A DNA stretch of 63,778 bases, filler included, from Octopus bimaculoides (taxonomy: Eukaryota): the NCBI RefSeq assembly GCF_001194135.2. It is 7 parts of 7 records of this genome, joined end to end, with 100 filler letters (N's around TTAATTAATTAA, not from the genome) between each part and the next. Parts side by side here need not be neighbours in the genome. Positions count along the whole stretch, not along the records: positions 1 to 12,228 come from NC_068982.1; 6 more parts are not named here. One strand, written 5' to 3'. A model generated the notes under the pieces. It worked only from the letters and a program-made list of their open reading frames with translations. It was not told the DNA's origin and did no database searches. Position 1 is the stretch's first letter; every line of letters begins with the position of its first letter. Shown one piece after another: positions 1-11,906 of this stretch. The translations under genes and the position numbers were made by a program.

Positions 1-280
1 GCTAAAATATGAGATCATTATTATTAATATTATCTCCTTGTGTTTTAATTTGTTCAAAAAAAAAATTTCAGGAGAATTATCAAACTAGAATTCAATAAAT
101 TTTGTTTTGTCATTTTTACTACCTTGCTTTTATTTATATTTGTGGATTTTTAAAAACTTTCTAGATCAGCACACATTTTAATTCTTCAAAATTAAATAAC
201 CATCTTCCCTTTCAAATAAGTACTGTCTCAAGTCCTACGAATCATGGGGCCATTTCCCCTGTTTCTATAGCATATAAATG

Positions 281-476
281 ACCGAGATCACATAGTTCTC
301 CTCGAATGGGTCTCCAGTTCGTCGCGAGGGTTACTTATTTACATCTGAGTGGACTGGAGGCACGTGAAATGAAGTGTTTTACACAAGAACACAATACAAC
401 GCTTCGCCTGGTCAGAGAATTGAGACTACCATCTTGCAATTATGTGTGCAACACCCTAACCACTAAGCCAAGCTCC
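281..476 (-). mobile_element. tRNA-derived SINE, family D
   Basis: Minus strand begins ggagcttggcttagtggttagggtg (A-box-like head) followed by gtgttcttg..aaaacacttcatttcacg; related copies at about 1190-1435 and 10530-10620. Confidence 0.75.
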
Positions 477-1003
477 TTTACTTTCCCTTCAAGGACACTC
501 GAAAATTTCGTTATTCTCGTTTCCTAAAATTGTATTCCTCCTTCTGGCTTTATAATTTATGTTAATATATTATGGAATTTAGATTATGAAGAACAATAAA
601 AGACATAGAAAAAGACAAAATCAAAACACAATGAAGTGTTCTGAAACTGAATAAAATATGCTATTGCATCGATAACTTGTCGATAGCCATGAAATATTAA
701 TCATAGTTTCTTTGATTAATACGAAGAAGTATAGCTTACGTTTTTGCTTACATTCCATCCGTCAATTCTACACAGCTTAGTCGTTGCATATCAGCTTCCA
801 TTTATAATAAGGCTCACAGCAATATATTGAATCAATTACCCGCTCTAGCATACACGCACGCGCGCGCGCCCACATACACGCTTAATTTTTCTCTTCCTCC
901 CTCTCTCTCTCTCTTTCTCTTTATTTGTTTTACGTCCGCTTCTCTTTTCAACTCTTTCTCTCTCTCCTCCTCCTCCTCATCCTCCTCCTCCTTTTGGTCC
1001 CAG

Positions 1004-1121
1004 ATTCGTACTGCATCCCACAAATCTTCCTTCGATTTCTATAGATATTGAACATGTATCTTTGCTCTTAGAAACCATTAAATTACCGGCAGAAATTTTA
1101 CTGCAAGAAGATCGTATAAAG
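1004..1121 (+). CDS. Candidate internal exon of an unidentified gene (FVLHPTNLPSISIDIEHVSLLLETIKLPAEILLQEDRIK)
   Basis: Long polypyrimidine tract plus cccAG, open frame to a GTAGTA donor at 1122, protein-like composition; no homolog recognised. Confidence 0.45.
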
Positions 1122-1189
1122 GTAGTAGGAGGAGGAGGCGAAGGAGGAGGAGGAAAGCACTGGATCAAGAACTTAGACCTGTCATGAGT

Positions 1190-1435
1190 TCTGGGTCTCA
1201 TAAGCCAGCGTTTAATCCAGTTTCCATGGTGTATAAGTGATTGAGATTATAACATTCTTCCGCACCCCTGAACGGGACGATGATCCGTCACAGCTGGAAC
1301 TGTTAGTTGAGTGGATTGGAGCAACGTGAAATGAAGTGTTTTGCTCACGATCAAAATGTCATGTAACGCAGCGCTGTGCTCAGTCTAGGAATCGAAACCG
1401 CGAGTGTAATACCCCTAACCAACAGGCCACACGAC
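1190..1435 (-). mobile_element. tRNA-derived SINE, family D
   Basis: Shares gagtggattggagcaacgtgaaatgaagtgttttgc with the 281-476 copy. Confidence 0.7.
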
Positions 1436-1779
1436 TTCACAATAAAAAGAAAGATCAGATAATTATTTTTACTGCAGGAGGGAGTTAGTCGATTACATCG
1501 ATCCCATTGACTGGTATCTTATTTTATCGACCCCGAAAGGATTGAAAGTGGAGGCACGTGGCTTAGTGGTTAGGGTATTGGACTCAATGATCGTAAGATT
1601 GTGGTTTCGATTCCTGGTCCCGGAACCATGTGGTTCGGAAGCAAGCTTCCTGTCACACGGCCACTCCTAAATTTTTATTTATATACTGAGGGTGATAAAT
1701 TGAATATTAATTTAATTAACATCAATTTTAGACCAGTGGCCTAGCATATAAAAAATCTGAAAATTCAGAAAAATTGTAT

Positions 1780-2004
1780 TACATGCGTATAAGGAGGGAT
1801 GACCACTAAGTGGACATCCGATATGCTAGAAAGTGATCATCAACGACCCAACCACAAAGAAAATAATGTTCTCTAGAAAAAATTGGGATTCAGTGTTTGC
1901 TGAATTTTTCTAGAGAACATTATTTTCTCTGTGGTTGGGTCGTTGATGATCTCTTTCTGGCATATTGGATGTCTATTTAATGGTCATCCCTTCTTATACG
2001 TGTA
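1780..2004. repeat. About 225-bp fold-back (inverted repeat)
   Basis: Arm 1780-1881 is the reverse complement of about 1905-2004 with a few mismatches; short spacer. Confidence 0.9.
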
Positions 2005-2745
2005 TATATATATATATATATGTNNNNNNNNNNNNNNNNNNNNNNNNNNNNNNNNNNNNNNNNNNNNNNNNNNNNNNNNNNNNNNNNNNNNNNNNNNNNN
2101 NNNNNNNNNNNNNNNNNNNNNNNNNNNNNNNNNNNNNNNNNNNNNNNNNNNNNNNNNNNNNNNNNNNNNNNNNNNNNNNNNNNNNNNNNNNNNNNNNNNN
2201 NNNNNNNNNNNNNNNNNNNNNNNNNNNNNNNNNNNNNNNNNNNNNNNNNNNNNNNNNNNNNNNNNNNNNNNNNNNNNNNNNNNNNNNNNNNNNNNNNNNN
2301 NNNNNNNNNNNNNNNNNNNNNNNNNNNNNNNNNNNNNNNNNNNNNNNNNNNNNNNNNNNNNNNNNNNNNNNNNNNNNNNNNNNNNNNNNNNNNNNNNNNN
2401 NNNNNNNNNNNNNNNNNNNNNNNNNNNNNNNNNNNNNNNNNNNNNNNNNNNNNNNNNNNNNNNNNNNNNNNNNNNNNNNNNNNNNNNNNNNNNNNNNNNN
2501 NNNNNNNNNNNNNNNNNNNNNNNNNNNNNNNNNNNNNNNNNNNNNNNNNNNNNNNNNNNNNNNNNNNNNNNNNNNNNNNNNNNNNNNNNNNNNNNNNNNN
2601 NNNNNNNNNNNNNNNNNNNNNNNNNNNNNNNNNNNNNNNNNNNNNNNNNNNNNNNNNNNNNNNNNNNNNNNNNNNNNNNNNNNNNNNNNNNNNNNNNNNN
2701 NNNNNNNNNNNNNNNNNNNNNNNNNNNNNNNNNNNNNNNNNNNNA

Positions 2746-3039
2746 TTGAGCGAAAACACCTAAAATCTCCACGAGGCTCCGGCAGCGGATGGTGGCGAAC
2801 CCTGCTGTACTCTTTCACCACGACTTTCTCTCACTCTTACTTCCTGTTTCTGTTGTGCCTGTAATTCAAAGGGTCAGCCTTGTCACACTGTGTCACGCTG
2901 AATATTCCCGAGAACTACGTTAAGGGTACACGTGTCTGTGGAGTACTAAGCCACTTGCACGTTAATTTCACGAGCAGGCTGTTCCGTTGATCGGATCAAC
3001 TGGAACCCTCGACGTCGTAAGCGACGCGGTGCCAACACC
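2746..3039 (+). mobile_element. SINE family A (5' part lost in gap)
   Basis: Body and tail (gctgttccgttgatcggatcaactggaaccctcg..gtgccaaca) match the full copies at 20754 and 31746. Confidence 0.9.
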
Positions 3040-3296
3040 CATCCCCTCAAAATTACTAGCTGATCTTGTACCAAAAATTAAAATCATTGTTATCGTTGTT
3101 ATTACTGAGAGAGCACCGTAGGCCATCAAAGTGACGCTGGGATGCAAATATACGAAGCCCAATATACCCATCATGACTACCCCTTCTGATAAGGATACCC
3201 CAGGCACATGTATCACAACCATATGTGCATGAAATAGTGACTTCATATCAAGATAAACAGTGCATAAAGAGTAGAAAGAATTATTATCATTATTGT

Positions 3297-3750
3297 TATT
3301 TACTTTTAATCTGCATGTTTGTTACAATCACTTGCCGAGACACCCCTGGCGTTCTAGGACGAGTGAAAGATAAGAGCTGTTAAAGTACGACTGAAATCTT
3401 GGGTGGAGGGCAGTAGCGAAATATCTTCATGTAATACAACACAGACATTTAAATGGATAGGGTTTTTCTAAGAATGTGGGCAGTACTTGTCAGCACAATC
3501 TTTTGGATTTCTCTGAGACATGGTTCTCCTGCGATGTTATCTAGATATTTCTGACATCTCCTTTTTTACCATATCTATGGCACCTACAATAACAGGAACA
3601 GTTCTTGCTTTAACATGCCGCATCTTTTGTATTTCAATTTCCAAGTCCTTATATTTACTTAATTTGTCAAATTCCTTTACAACTATATTTTTATCAATGG
3701 GAACATTTACATCTATTAGTCTACAAGTATTTTCTTCCTTTTCTTTAATG
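3297..3750 (-). mobile_element. R4/Dong-like RLE non-LTR retrotransposon, 3' fragment
   Basis: Minus frame LIDVNVPID..DKLSKYKDLEIEIQKMRHVKARTVPVIVGAI (restriction-like endonuclease region); AAT-type repeats at both ends. Confidence 0.8.
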
Positions 3751-3753
3751 ATT

Positions 3754-3784
<31 letters not shown>

Positions 3785-4144
3785 TTATTATTATTATNNN
3801 NNNNNNNNNNNNNNNNNNNNNNNNNNNNNNNNNNNNNNNNNNNNNNNNNNNNNNNNNNNNNNNNNNNNNNNNNNNNNNNNNNNNNNNNNNNNNNNNNATG
3901 TATGTTTGTATGTATGTATATGTGTGTGTATACATATATATAATAATAATATAAATAATATATATATACCTGCATATATGGGTACAGGACGTCACCAACT
4001 GTGTAAACAAACGAGTTAAATACGCAAACAACGAGAGAAAAAATGGAAAGCAAGACAATTAAACACAGAGAAACGACACTTCATCAGTTGTCGGCTGTCT
4101 ATCTACTCCTCATTTTGAGCATTCAATGACAATATGAGTCTTCA

Positions 4145-4475
4145 AAGACAGTTCCTCCCATAAATTCTAAAGTAAAATAAAAAGACTGATGAAGAGCAAT
4201 ACCTCTGAAACTAGTCTCTGGATGCTGGCTTTGCTGGGTGGAGTTACTTATTTCCCCTGTTTGAAAACTTAAGAACACAGAACGCTTGTGTCACGTAGCC
4301 AACTGGTGTTTCCTGGGGTTAAATAGCAGTAACATTCTTCCCTTTCCTGGGGCTAAATAGCAGTAACATTCTTCCCTTTCCTGGGATTGCCACATTAAGT
4401 TGACAACAAACCATCACGTTATCGTACTGCTATTGTATAAATCTCCCTGAGAGATTTAGAAATGCAATATTTCTA
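4145..4475 (+). mobile_element. Penelope-like pseudo-LTR-type repeat, with a 35-bp internal tandem duplication at about 4311-4380
   Basis: Homologous to 39484-39739 and carries a hammerhead motif. PLE assignment is inferred from the HHR association. Confidence 0.6.
4183..4219 (+). ncRNA. Minimal type I hammerhead ribozyme motif
   Basis: aga-CTGATGA-AGAG(caatac)CTCT-GAAA-CTAG-TC-tct; palindromic stem III (ACTAGT), GUC cleavage triplet; stem I only 3 bp. Confidence 0.75.
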
Positions 4476-4479
4476 ATTT

Positions 4480-4519
<40 letters not shown>

Positions 4520-4894
4520 NNNNNNNNNNNNNNNNNNNNNNNNNNNNNNNNNNNNNNNNNNNNNNNNNNNNNNNNNNNNNNNNNNNNNNNNNNNNNNNNN
4601 NNNNNNNNNNNNNNNNNNNNNNNNNNNNNNNNNNNNNNNNNNNNNNNNNNNNNNNNNNNNNNNNNNNNNNNNNNNNNNNNNNNNNNNNNNNNNNNNNNNN
4701 NNNNNNNNNNNNNNNNNNNNNNNNNNNNNNNNNNNNNNNNNNNNNNNNNNNNNNNNNNNNNNNNNNNNNNNNNNNNNNNNNNNNNNNNNNNNNNNNNNNN
4801 NNNNNNNNNNNNNNNNNNNNNNNNNNNNNNNNNNNNNNNNNNNNNNNNNNNNNNNNNNNNNNNNNNNNNNNNNNNNNNNNNNNNNNNNNNNNNN

Positions 4895-4979
<85 letters not shown>

Positions 4980-5042
4980 TATATAAATGTAAGTATGAAT
5001 ACACAGACACACATATGTATATGCACATATATATATATATGC

Positions 5043-5145
<103 letters not shown>

Positions 5146-5184
5146 AATTCTATTTGCTACCAGTGGTCGAGAGAGAAGAAAAAA

Positions 5185-5700
5185 TTAGTTCTTGTAGTGA
5201 TGATGGTGGAGGATATCGACTCCTTACTTGTTTTTGTAAAATGCATCATAGATGTTCAATAATATTTAGATCTGTGAACTGTGGTGGCTAGATACGATGT
5301 TCAACTTCATTAGAATGTTCCTTGTGCCATTCATTAACAACTTTAGCTGTGTGAATTGGTGCATTATATCATCCTGAAAAATTGCGTTTCCCTCTGGAAA
5401 CAGTTACGCAACCATACGATGAATTTGATCAGATAAAATGCTTAACCAGTGTTGACTATTAATTTTGCCATGAAGGGAAACCATTGGACCGGCGGATTTC
5501 CAAGATATAGCCCCCCAGGTCATCACGGATCCTCTTCCATGCTTAACAGTTGAAAGAAGGCAGTCTGAGTCAAATGCTTCTTATGGCTGTCTCCTTCACG
5601 TATACTCGGCCGGTGGTCGGAAATAAGGTAAAGGATGACTCGTCCGAGAAAATAACATTCTTCCACTGCTCTAGGGACCAATTCTGTGGGTTTTTACTTA
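5185..5700 (-). mobile_element. Tc1 transposase relic (frameshifted)
   Basis: QNWSLEQWKNVIFSDESSFTLFPTTGRVYV, then FQDDNAPIHTAK-like and DLNIIEHL-like motifs across frameshifts. Confidence 0.9.
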
Positions 5701-5703
5701 TTG

Positions 5704-5743
<40 letters not shown>

Positions 5744-6570
5744 CATTATTATTATGTTGTTGTTGTTTTTTTCTTCTTTCTTCAAANNNNNNNNNNNNNN
5801 NNNNNNNNNNNNNNNNNNNNNNNNNNNNNNNNNNNNNNNNNNNNNNNNNNNNNNNNNNNNNNNNNNNNNNNNNNNNNNNNNNNNNNNNNNNNNNNNNNNN
5901 NNNNNNNNNNNNNNNNNNNNNNNNNNNNNNNNNNNNNNNNNNNNNNNNNNNNNNNNNNNNNNNNNNNNNNNNNNNNNNNNNNNNNNNNNNNNNNNNNNNN
6001 NNNNNNNNNNNNNNNNNNNNNNNNNNNNNNNNNNNNNNNNNNNNNNNNNNNNNNNNNNNNNNNNNNNNNNNNNNNNNNNNNNNNNNNNNNNNNNNNNNNN
6101 NNNNNNNNNNNNNNNNNNNNNNNNNNNNNNNNNNNNNNNNNNNNNNNNNNNNNNNNNNNNNNNNNNNNNNNNNNNNNNNNNNNNNNNNNNNNNNNNNNNN
6201 NNNNNNNNNNNNNNNNNNNNNNNNNNNNNNNNNNNNNNNNNNNNNNNNNNNNNNNNNNNNNNNNNNNNNNNNNNNNNNNNNNNNNNNNNNNNNNNNNNNN
6301 NNNNNNNNNNNNNNNNNNNNNNNNNNNNNNNNNNNNNNNNNNNNNNNNNNNNNNNNNNNNNNNNNNNNNNNNNNNNNNNNNNNNNNNNNNNNNNNNNNNN
6401 NNNNNNNNNNNNNNNNNNNNNNNNNNNNNNNNNNNNNNNNNNNNNNNNNNNNNNNNNNNNNNNNNNNNNNNNNNNNNNNNNNNNNNNNNNNNNNNNNNNN
6501 NNNNNNNNNNNNNNNNNNNNNNNNNNNNNNNNNNNNNNNNNNNNNNNNNNNNNNNNNNNNNNNNNNNNNN

Positions 6571-6652
<82 letters not shown>

Positions 6653-7131
6653 CATCATTATTATTATGAGAGTTCTTTTTCATACGAGTGAGAAAGCATA
6701 CGAAATATTTCCATATAGTCCATCTGTTTCCTTCTTCGGTGCCCTGGTAGTTGTAGATAACACAATTTCACCCTTCTTATGGGCGCACGCGACAATGTAT
6801 GTGTGTGTGTGTGCGTGCGCGCATGTGCAATTTAATAAACACACGATTTAAATGTGAGCTACTATACGTTTCATGGTCTGACAGTACATTAATACATTAA
6901 TTGTATAGCAAGCCGTGTACTACCCTGCAATTTTCAAGGCTCAAAGTACAAGCCCGTCTGCCTGTTGTACTCTCTTTCGCTGGATGGAGTACTTTTTGGC
7001 ATATTGATATACATATATATATATATATATATAAGCAATGTTAATTCTCTAAATGAAGTATTAACAGTAACTGCACGATAAAGTGTAGTATATTGCCACT
7101 TAAGTGTTGCTGACCCCTAGGGGTGGATGTT

Positions 7132-7207
7132 ACTGTTGCTTTTAGCCCCAGGAGGACATCGATAAGCCAGCTGGAGGAGATGTCCTCCTGTGGCTAAAAG
7201 CAACAGT
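7132..7207. repeat. 29-bp-stem hairpin
   Basis: actgttgcttttagccccaggaggacatc and its reverse complement (1 mismatch), 18-nt loop; right end abuts a gap. Confidence 0.85.
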
Positions 7208-7529
7208 NNNNNNNNNNNNNNNNNNNNNNNNNNNNNNNNNNNNNNNNNNNNNNNNNNNNNNNNNNNNNNNNNNNNNNNNNNNNNNNNNNNNNNNNNNNNN
7301 NNNNNNNNNNNNNNNNNNNNNNNNNNNNNNNNNNNNNNNNNNNNNNNNNNNGATAGATAGATAGATAAACACACACATACACACATACACACAAGCATCC
7401 ATACATGCATACATGCATACATAACCTGCATGAGGGTTCGTGTTATCATCTGTATACGTATTTCCGATAATCTTCCTGAAACATGTCTAAATTCGCAGGT
7501 TTTTCAATGAAGACATGAAGATGCAGATG

Positions 7530-8219
7530 CACGCGTGCGCGCGCACACAGATATACACACTCTGACGCACACAGCATTCATATACACACCTACGCACACA
7601 TCCACACTAACACACGCACATAAATGCAGAGACAGAGACAGGCAGACAGGCAGACAGACAGACACGCTGGCAGACAGACAGACAAACATATAGATGTCGA
7701 TACGGTGCTCCAGCATGGTTACAGTCAAATGACTAAAACAAGTAAATGGATAGGTAGAGAGAGAGGGAGAGCGAGAGAGAGCGAGAGAGAGAGAGCGAGA
7801 GAGAGAGAGAGAGAAAAAGGGAGAGGGGATGGAGAGAGAGAGAGAGACAGAGAGACAGAATGATAGATAGACAGACAGACAGACACATAAAGACAGACAG
7901 ACAGATAGATAGATGTTTGGCGTGTTTCTTTATTCTGGGGGAGACGTTCTTATTTGTTTAACTTTCTTCTCCACTGACCTAATTCTGACAACAGAAATCA
8001 CGAACGACGACGACGACATGACCTGCACTAACACACACTGGCACACACACACACACACAAACACGCACACGCACACACACTCACTCACACGCAGACACAC
8101 ACGCTTACACACACACACACACACTCACATACATACACACATAAGCTTGGATTCCCACGGGAAACAATGAGACAAAAGTTGAGTGTTGCAGCAGCATCAA
8201 CATCATTGCTGTCTGTACA

Positions 8220-8295
<76 letters not shown>

Positions 8296-8640
8296 ATGTG
8301 TGTGTGTGCACTTGTGTGTATAATATATATATATGTGTGTGTATGTGTGTGTGTGTGTGAGTCTGTGTCTGTGAGTGTTACTGTGGTACGTGTACGTTCG
8401 GGTATGCGTCGGGGTAGAATCTATATCTTCAGTTAGTTTTGTGACCTCTCGCAAGATGGCTGTCACTTGCTGCAGTTGGTTTCTGGCGAGCGTGTGCGTG
8501 TGTGTTTTTCAGTGGGTGGGTGTGCATGTGTCAGTGCGCGTGTGTGCATGTCTGCATGCATGTGTGTTTGAGTGAGTGAATGTATGTGTGCGTGTGATTA
8601 TGAGATAAAGAGTGTGTGTGTGCTTTTACGCATGCGTGCA
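7530..8640. repeat. Compound microsatellite field: (CA)n, (GACA)n, (GA)n, (GATA)n, (TG)n
   Basis: Direct inspection. Confidence 0.9.
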
Positions 8641-9109
8641 TAGCCTCAGGTGTACTTTACATGTGCAGAATATTTTCTTCGTTAAGAAGTACACATACAC
8701 GCTCATAGATGCAGTCTCTTATATGCAAACACATAGATCGACTCAGACACAGATTCAAAGATACTAACATATATACATATAATATTAGATGAACAGCCCG
8801 TCGTTGCCGGAAAATTTTTACACAGAATGTCGTATATAGATTTTTGTTTATTCCCTGTCAAACCATGCCTTCCCCGACAGATAGGCCTCTTGATCAAGAC
8901 AGATTTGTGCAATTTTTTGCAAAAAACTTTGTTGGGGACTTTTTCCTTTTTTAATTATTTACGTTTGTTCGATCGTTTAACATGACTTTATTCGTTAAAA
9001 CTTATTAAAACTTCAGAAGTTCTTACAACTTTAGTCGTCGTAATGCTTTGCTTTTGTTTGTTTAATAAAAATTCTTCCTCCTAATGATTTTGCTTTCATT
9101 TTGTGATAG

Positions 9110-9159
9110 ACAGCTATCATGCAGAAAATGCCAGCTTCCAAATCTTGTTTTTTGATAAG
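9110..9159 (+). CDS. Candidate small exon ((D)SYHAENASFQILFFDK)
   Basis: Pyrimidine-rich acceptor (gatAG 9108-09), open frame, AG|GTAAAA donor; short, so chance is possible. Confidence 0.3.
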
Positions 9160-9441
9160 GTAAAATTGATTAAACTTTAAACCTCAGTAACATTTTTCTG
9201 CAATTTTCTGGAACAAATAAATGACAAAATCGGACTTAACGTGGGAAATAATTTCAATATACCAAATTTGAATATGTTGATGTAATTCTAAAATTTCACC
9301 ATATGTGACAGCAACAGGGAAGACCCTACAAAAGTAGAGACACAGTTACAGAACGTCACACACACTCACAGATTTACAAACGTAATCACGAGTTTAAAAT
9401 GGTGTATAGTAGACATTTGTATATTTGTATGTACGTGTATA

Positions 9442-9526
<85 letters not shown>

Positions 9527-9788
9527 CTGTGTTTCTTTGCGATGAACAGCTGAAAAGCCACCAATGAACAATTGTTGTCAACTTACCCACCTTTCTTTCC
9601 CTTCTTCATCGCTTTAAAAGTTCTATTAACGTTTCATTCCGCTGCTACTCCATATTTGTCGCTTACACGGCTTTGTTCTCCCCTTCCCTGACATCAGCCA
9701 CACTTACTATGTCACCATATTTCCCTCACACTAACACTCTTGCACCCTTCTCATTTGATCAAACAATTGCCCAACCGAGTAAAATAAA

Positions 9789-10292
9789 TGAGTTGACCGG
9801 TAACACCGGGAAAGCGGAATTTATTCCCAGTTCCCGTTTACCATTACACTGTTCCATGTCCTATCCCTGTCCTATTTCCTGTTCACTCCCCGTCTTTATG
9901 CCCAACCCGTCGTTTATGGTAATAGTTTATTGCTATTAATTCGATTAGTGGGTGAATAAGGAATGTCCCTATATTATTTTAACAAACGAATATGCATCTG
10001 AGTAAAATAAACTAGGTAAATAGACCGATTTACAAATACATTAACAAATAGTCCGCGTACTGTAGCTGGTGTTGTGACGTGTCGTAGCTTATCGTAGCCG
10101 ATTTGTAGACATGTGCTACAGTCACCCCACCTTAAGGGGTCCATTATAGATTTTTATTGAAATCCAATTAGCCTATAATTCAACGGAATGTTAGTTTAAC
10201 ATGTATGTAAAATTTTGTCAAGGTTGGTTTGCTGGTGTAGGCGGCAAGATGATAAAAGATAGATAGACATAAATTGTCTTTTATGTATAAGA
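9789..10292 (-). mobile_element. Probable non-autonomous Helitron
   Basis: Minus 5' end a|TCTTATACATAAAAG; 3' GC hairpin cccggtgttaccgg followed by a degenerate terminus (caactcat rather than a clean CTAG). Confidence 0.5.
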
Positions 10293-10309
10293 TTTATGAT
10301 AAGACTAAG

Positions 10310-10520
10310 ACGACGAGCTGGTGGAATCGTTAGCACGCCGGGCAAAATGCTTAGTAGCACTTCGTCCGTCTTCACGTTCTGAGTTCAAATTTCACCGTGG
10401 TTGACTTTGCCTTTCATCCTTTAGGAGTCGATAAAATAAGTACCAGTTGAACACCAGTGTCGATGTAATTGACTTGCACCCTTCCTCAAAATTCCTGGCC
10501 TTGCACCAAAAACTGAAGCC
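10310..10520 (+). mobile_element. SINE family B
   Basis: gagctggtggaatcgttagcacgccgggcaaaatgcttag..ttctgagttcaaatt..gactttgcctttcatcc; many copies in the window. Confidence 0.9.
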
Positions 10521-11583
10521 AATATTTCTGAGACGACTCGTAGCCTGGTGGTTAGTTGCATTCAAAATCCTTGTTTCGATCCCCAGAATTGTTTTCTTGA
10601 CCAAATTACTTCATTTCACAGACGTGTGACACACTGTGCACCTGTACAGGCAATATCAATTTGAAGAAAAGAGTGGGTTAATGTACCGGACAAACATTTG
10701 ATCATTATAAGCAAATCATCTTTGAAGGTTATTCAGCAAGTAGTTTCAGAACCCTCAACTGTCGTCTGCGATAAGAGCGTGTCCACTATAGAATATTTCA
10801 ATCTTAAGCACAAGGTTACGGATTCTGGAAGAGGCTACGATTGGCTTAATACAAAATCTCACTACTGTGATAGTACTTGATATCGGCCCCAGGAATATGA
10901 AACGGAAGTTGACCTCAGTGGGAATTGAAATCAGCGCTATTGCTACCAGGCGATTATTCTTTCTTCTTTGGAAGCGAAAATAATTTCAGCAGGTCAAGAA
11001 TTTATCTTATATGATATTTAATATATCCTCATTTGTCTTTTGTTTCCAAATCGAAAACGCTATGATAGGTAATGGATTAAATCTACTACCGTAGTAGACC
11101 GTGATGGGACTTCAACTCGGAATGCAAAGAGACGTATAGATACCAAAAGGCATCCGGTCGGGCATGTTTACCGTGCCGCCAATTCACTGCCTGCTTCTTT
11201 TTTTATCGACTCCGAACGGGTGAAAAGTAAATTGATTTCAGCCGGATTTGAACTCAGAATGCAGAAATTCAGGAGAAATATCGCGGGGCATTCTGTCCGG
11301 CGTTATAACTGTACGCGAGTGTTATGTGTGTGAGTGTTTGTATTTATGTATACACATACATACATACACATACATACACAAATATGGTGAGTTAAATTAA
11401 AATAGACATCTATGTATCATACTAAACGTATACACACCGTTAACAGGCATGATACTGTGGTTTTTGTCAGAAAATTTCTTTATAGACATGCTGTGTTATA
11501 GTATATATATATATGCATGCATGTGTGTGTGTGTGTGTGTTTTGCGATGAATTGAGAAGCGGTGACGAGTGACGATTCTGTAA

Positions 11584-11709
11584 ATAATAATACTCTATAA
11601 GCTTAAAGTTCATAAGCGATCGCTATGTATTGACTAAAGAAATTAAACTATTTTCTTTAGCCAATGCCCGGTGATCGCTTATAAGCTTTAAGCTTATAAA
11701 ATATTATTA
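11584..11709. repeat. About 125-bp hairpin, MITE-like
   Basis: tataagcttaaagttcataagcgatcgc pairs with gtgatcgcttataagctttaagcttata; the inner ttgactaaagaaa / tttctttagccaa also pairs. Confidence 0.75.
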
Positions 11710-11850
11710 TCGAAGATGTACTTGCATAGCAAGCGACCTGATCTAAGATCGTGTGCTGGAACGAAAACAATTGTAGCATGGAAGGTGTTTATAAGCCATT
11801 TAAGAAACACACAAAAACAGTTAGATCCACTTCAACATTTAAATTTGATT

Positions 11851-11897
11851 TGCCAAAATATTTTCGTCGCTTTGAGATCGCAACCTGCTCACTGACA
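11851..11897 (-). ncRNA. Second hammerhead-like motif with G3:C8 core variant
   Basis: Minus strand tgtca-GTGAGCA-G-GTTGC(gatctcaaa)GCGAC-GAAA-ATAT-TT-tggca. Confidence 0.55.
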
Positions 11898-11906
11898 GCA
11901 CAAAAT

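Noticed and set aside
1931-2864. Long ORF-track entries made of X runs (also near 4.4-5.0, 5.5-6.9, 16.2-16.7, 23.7-25.4, 44.3-45.1, 46.6-47.9, 48.3-48.8 and 59.6-61.0 kb)
   Set aside because: Open only because N runs and microsatellites contain no stops; not genes.
4060-4090. Minus-strand CTGATGA near 4081-4087
   Set aside because: No stem II or GAAA downstream.
8785-8825. atgaacag..gccggaaaattttt as another variant hammerhead
   Set aside because: Stem I and stem II do not pair convincingly.
10698-10880. 60-aa ORF MIIISKSSLK..
   Set aside because: Overlaps repeat-derived sequence; no splice signals or recognisable motif.
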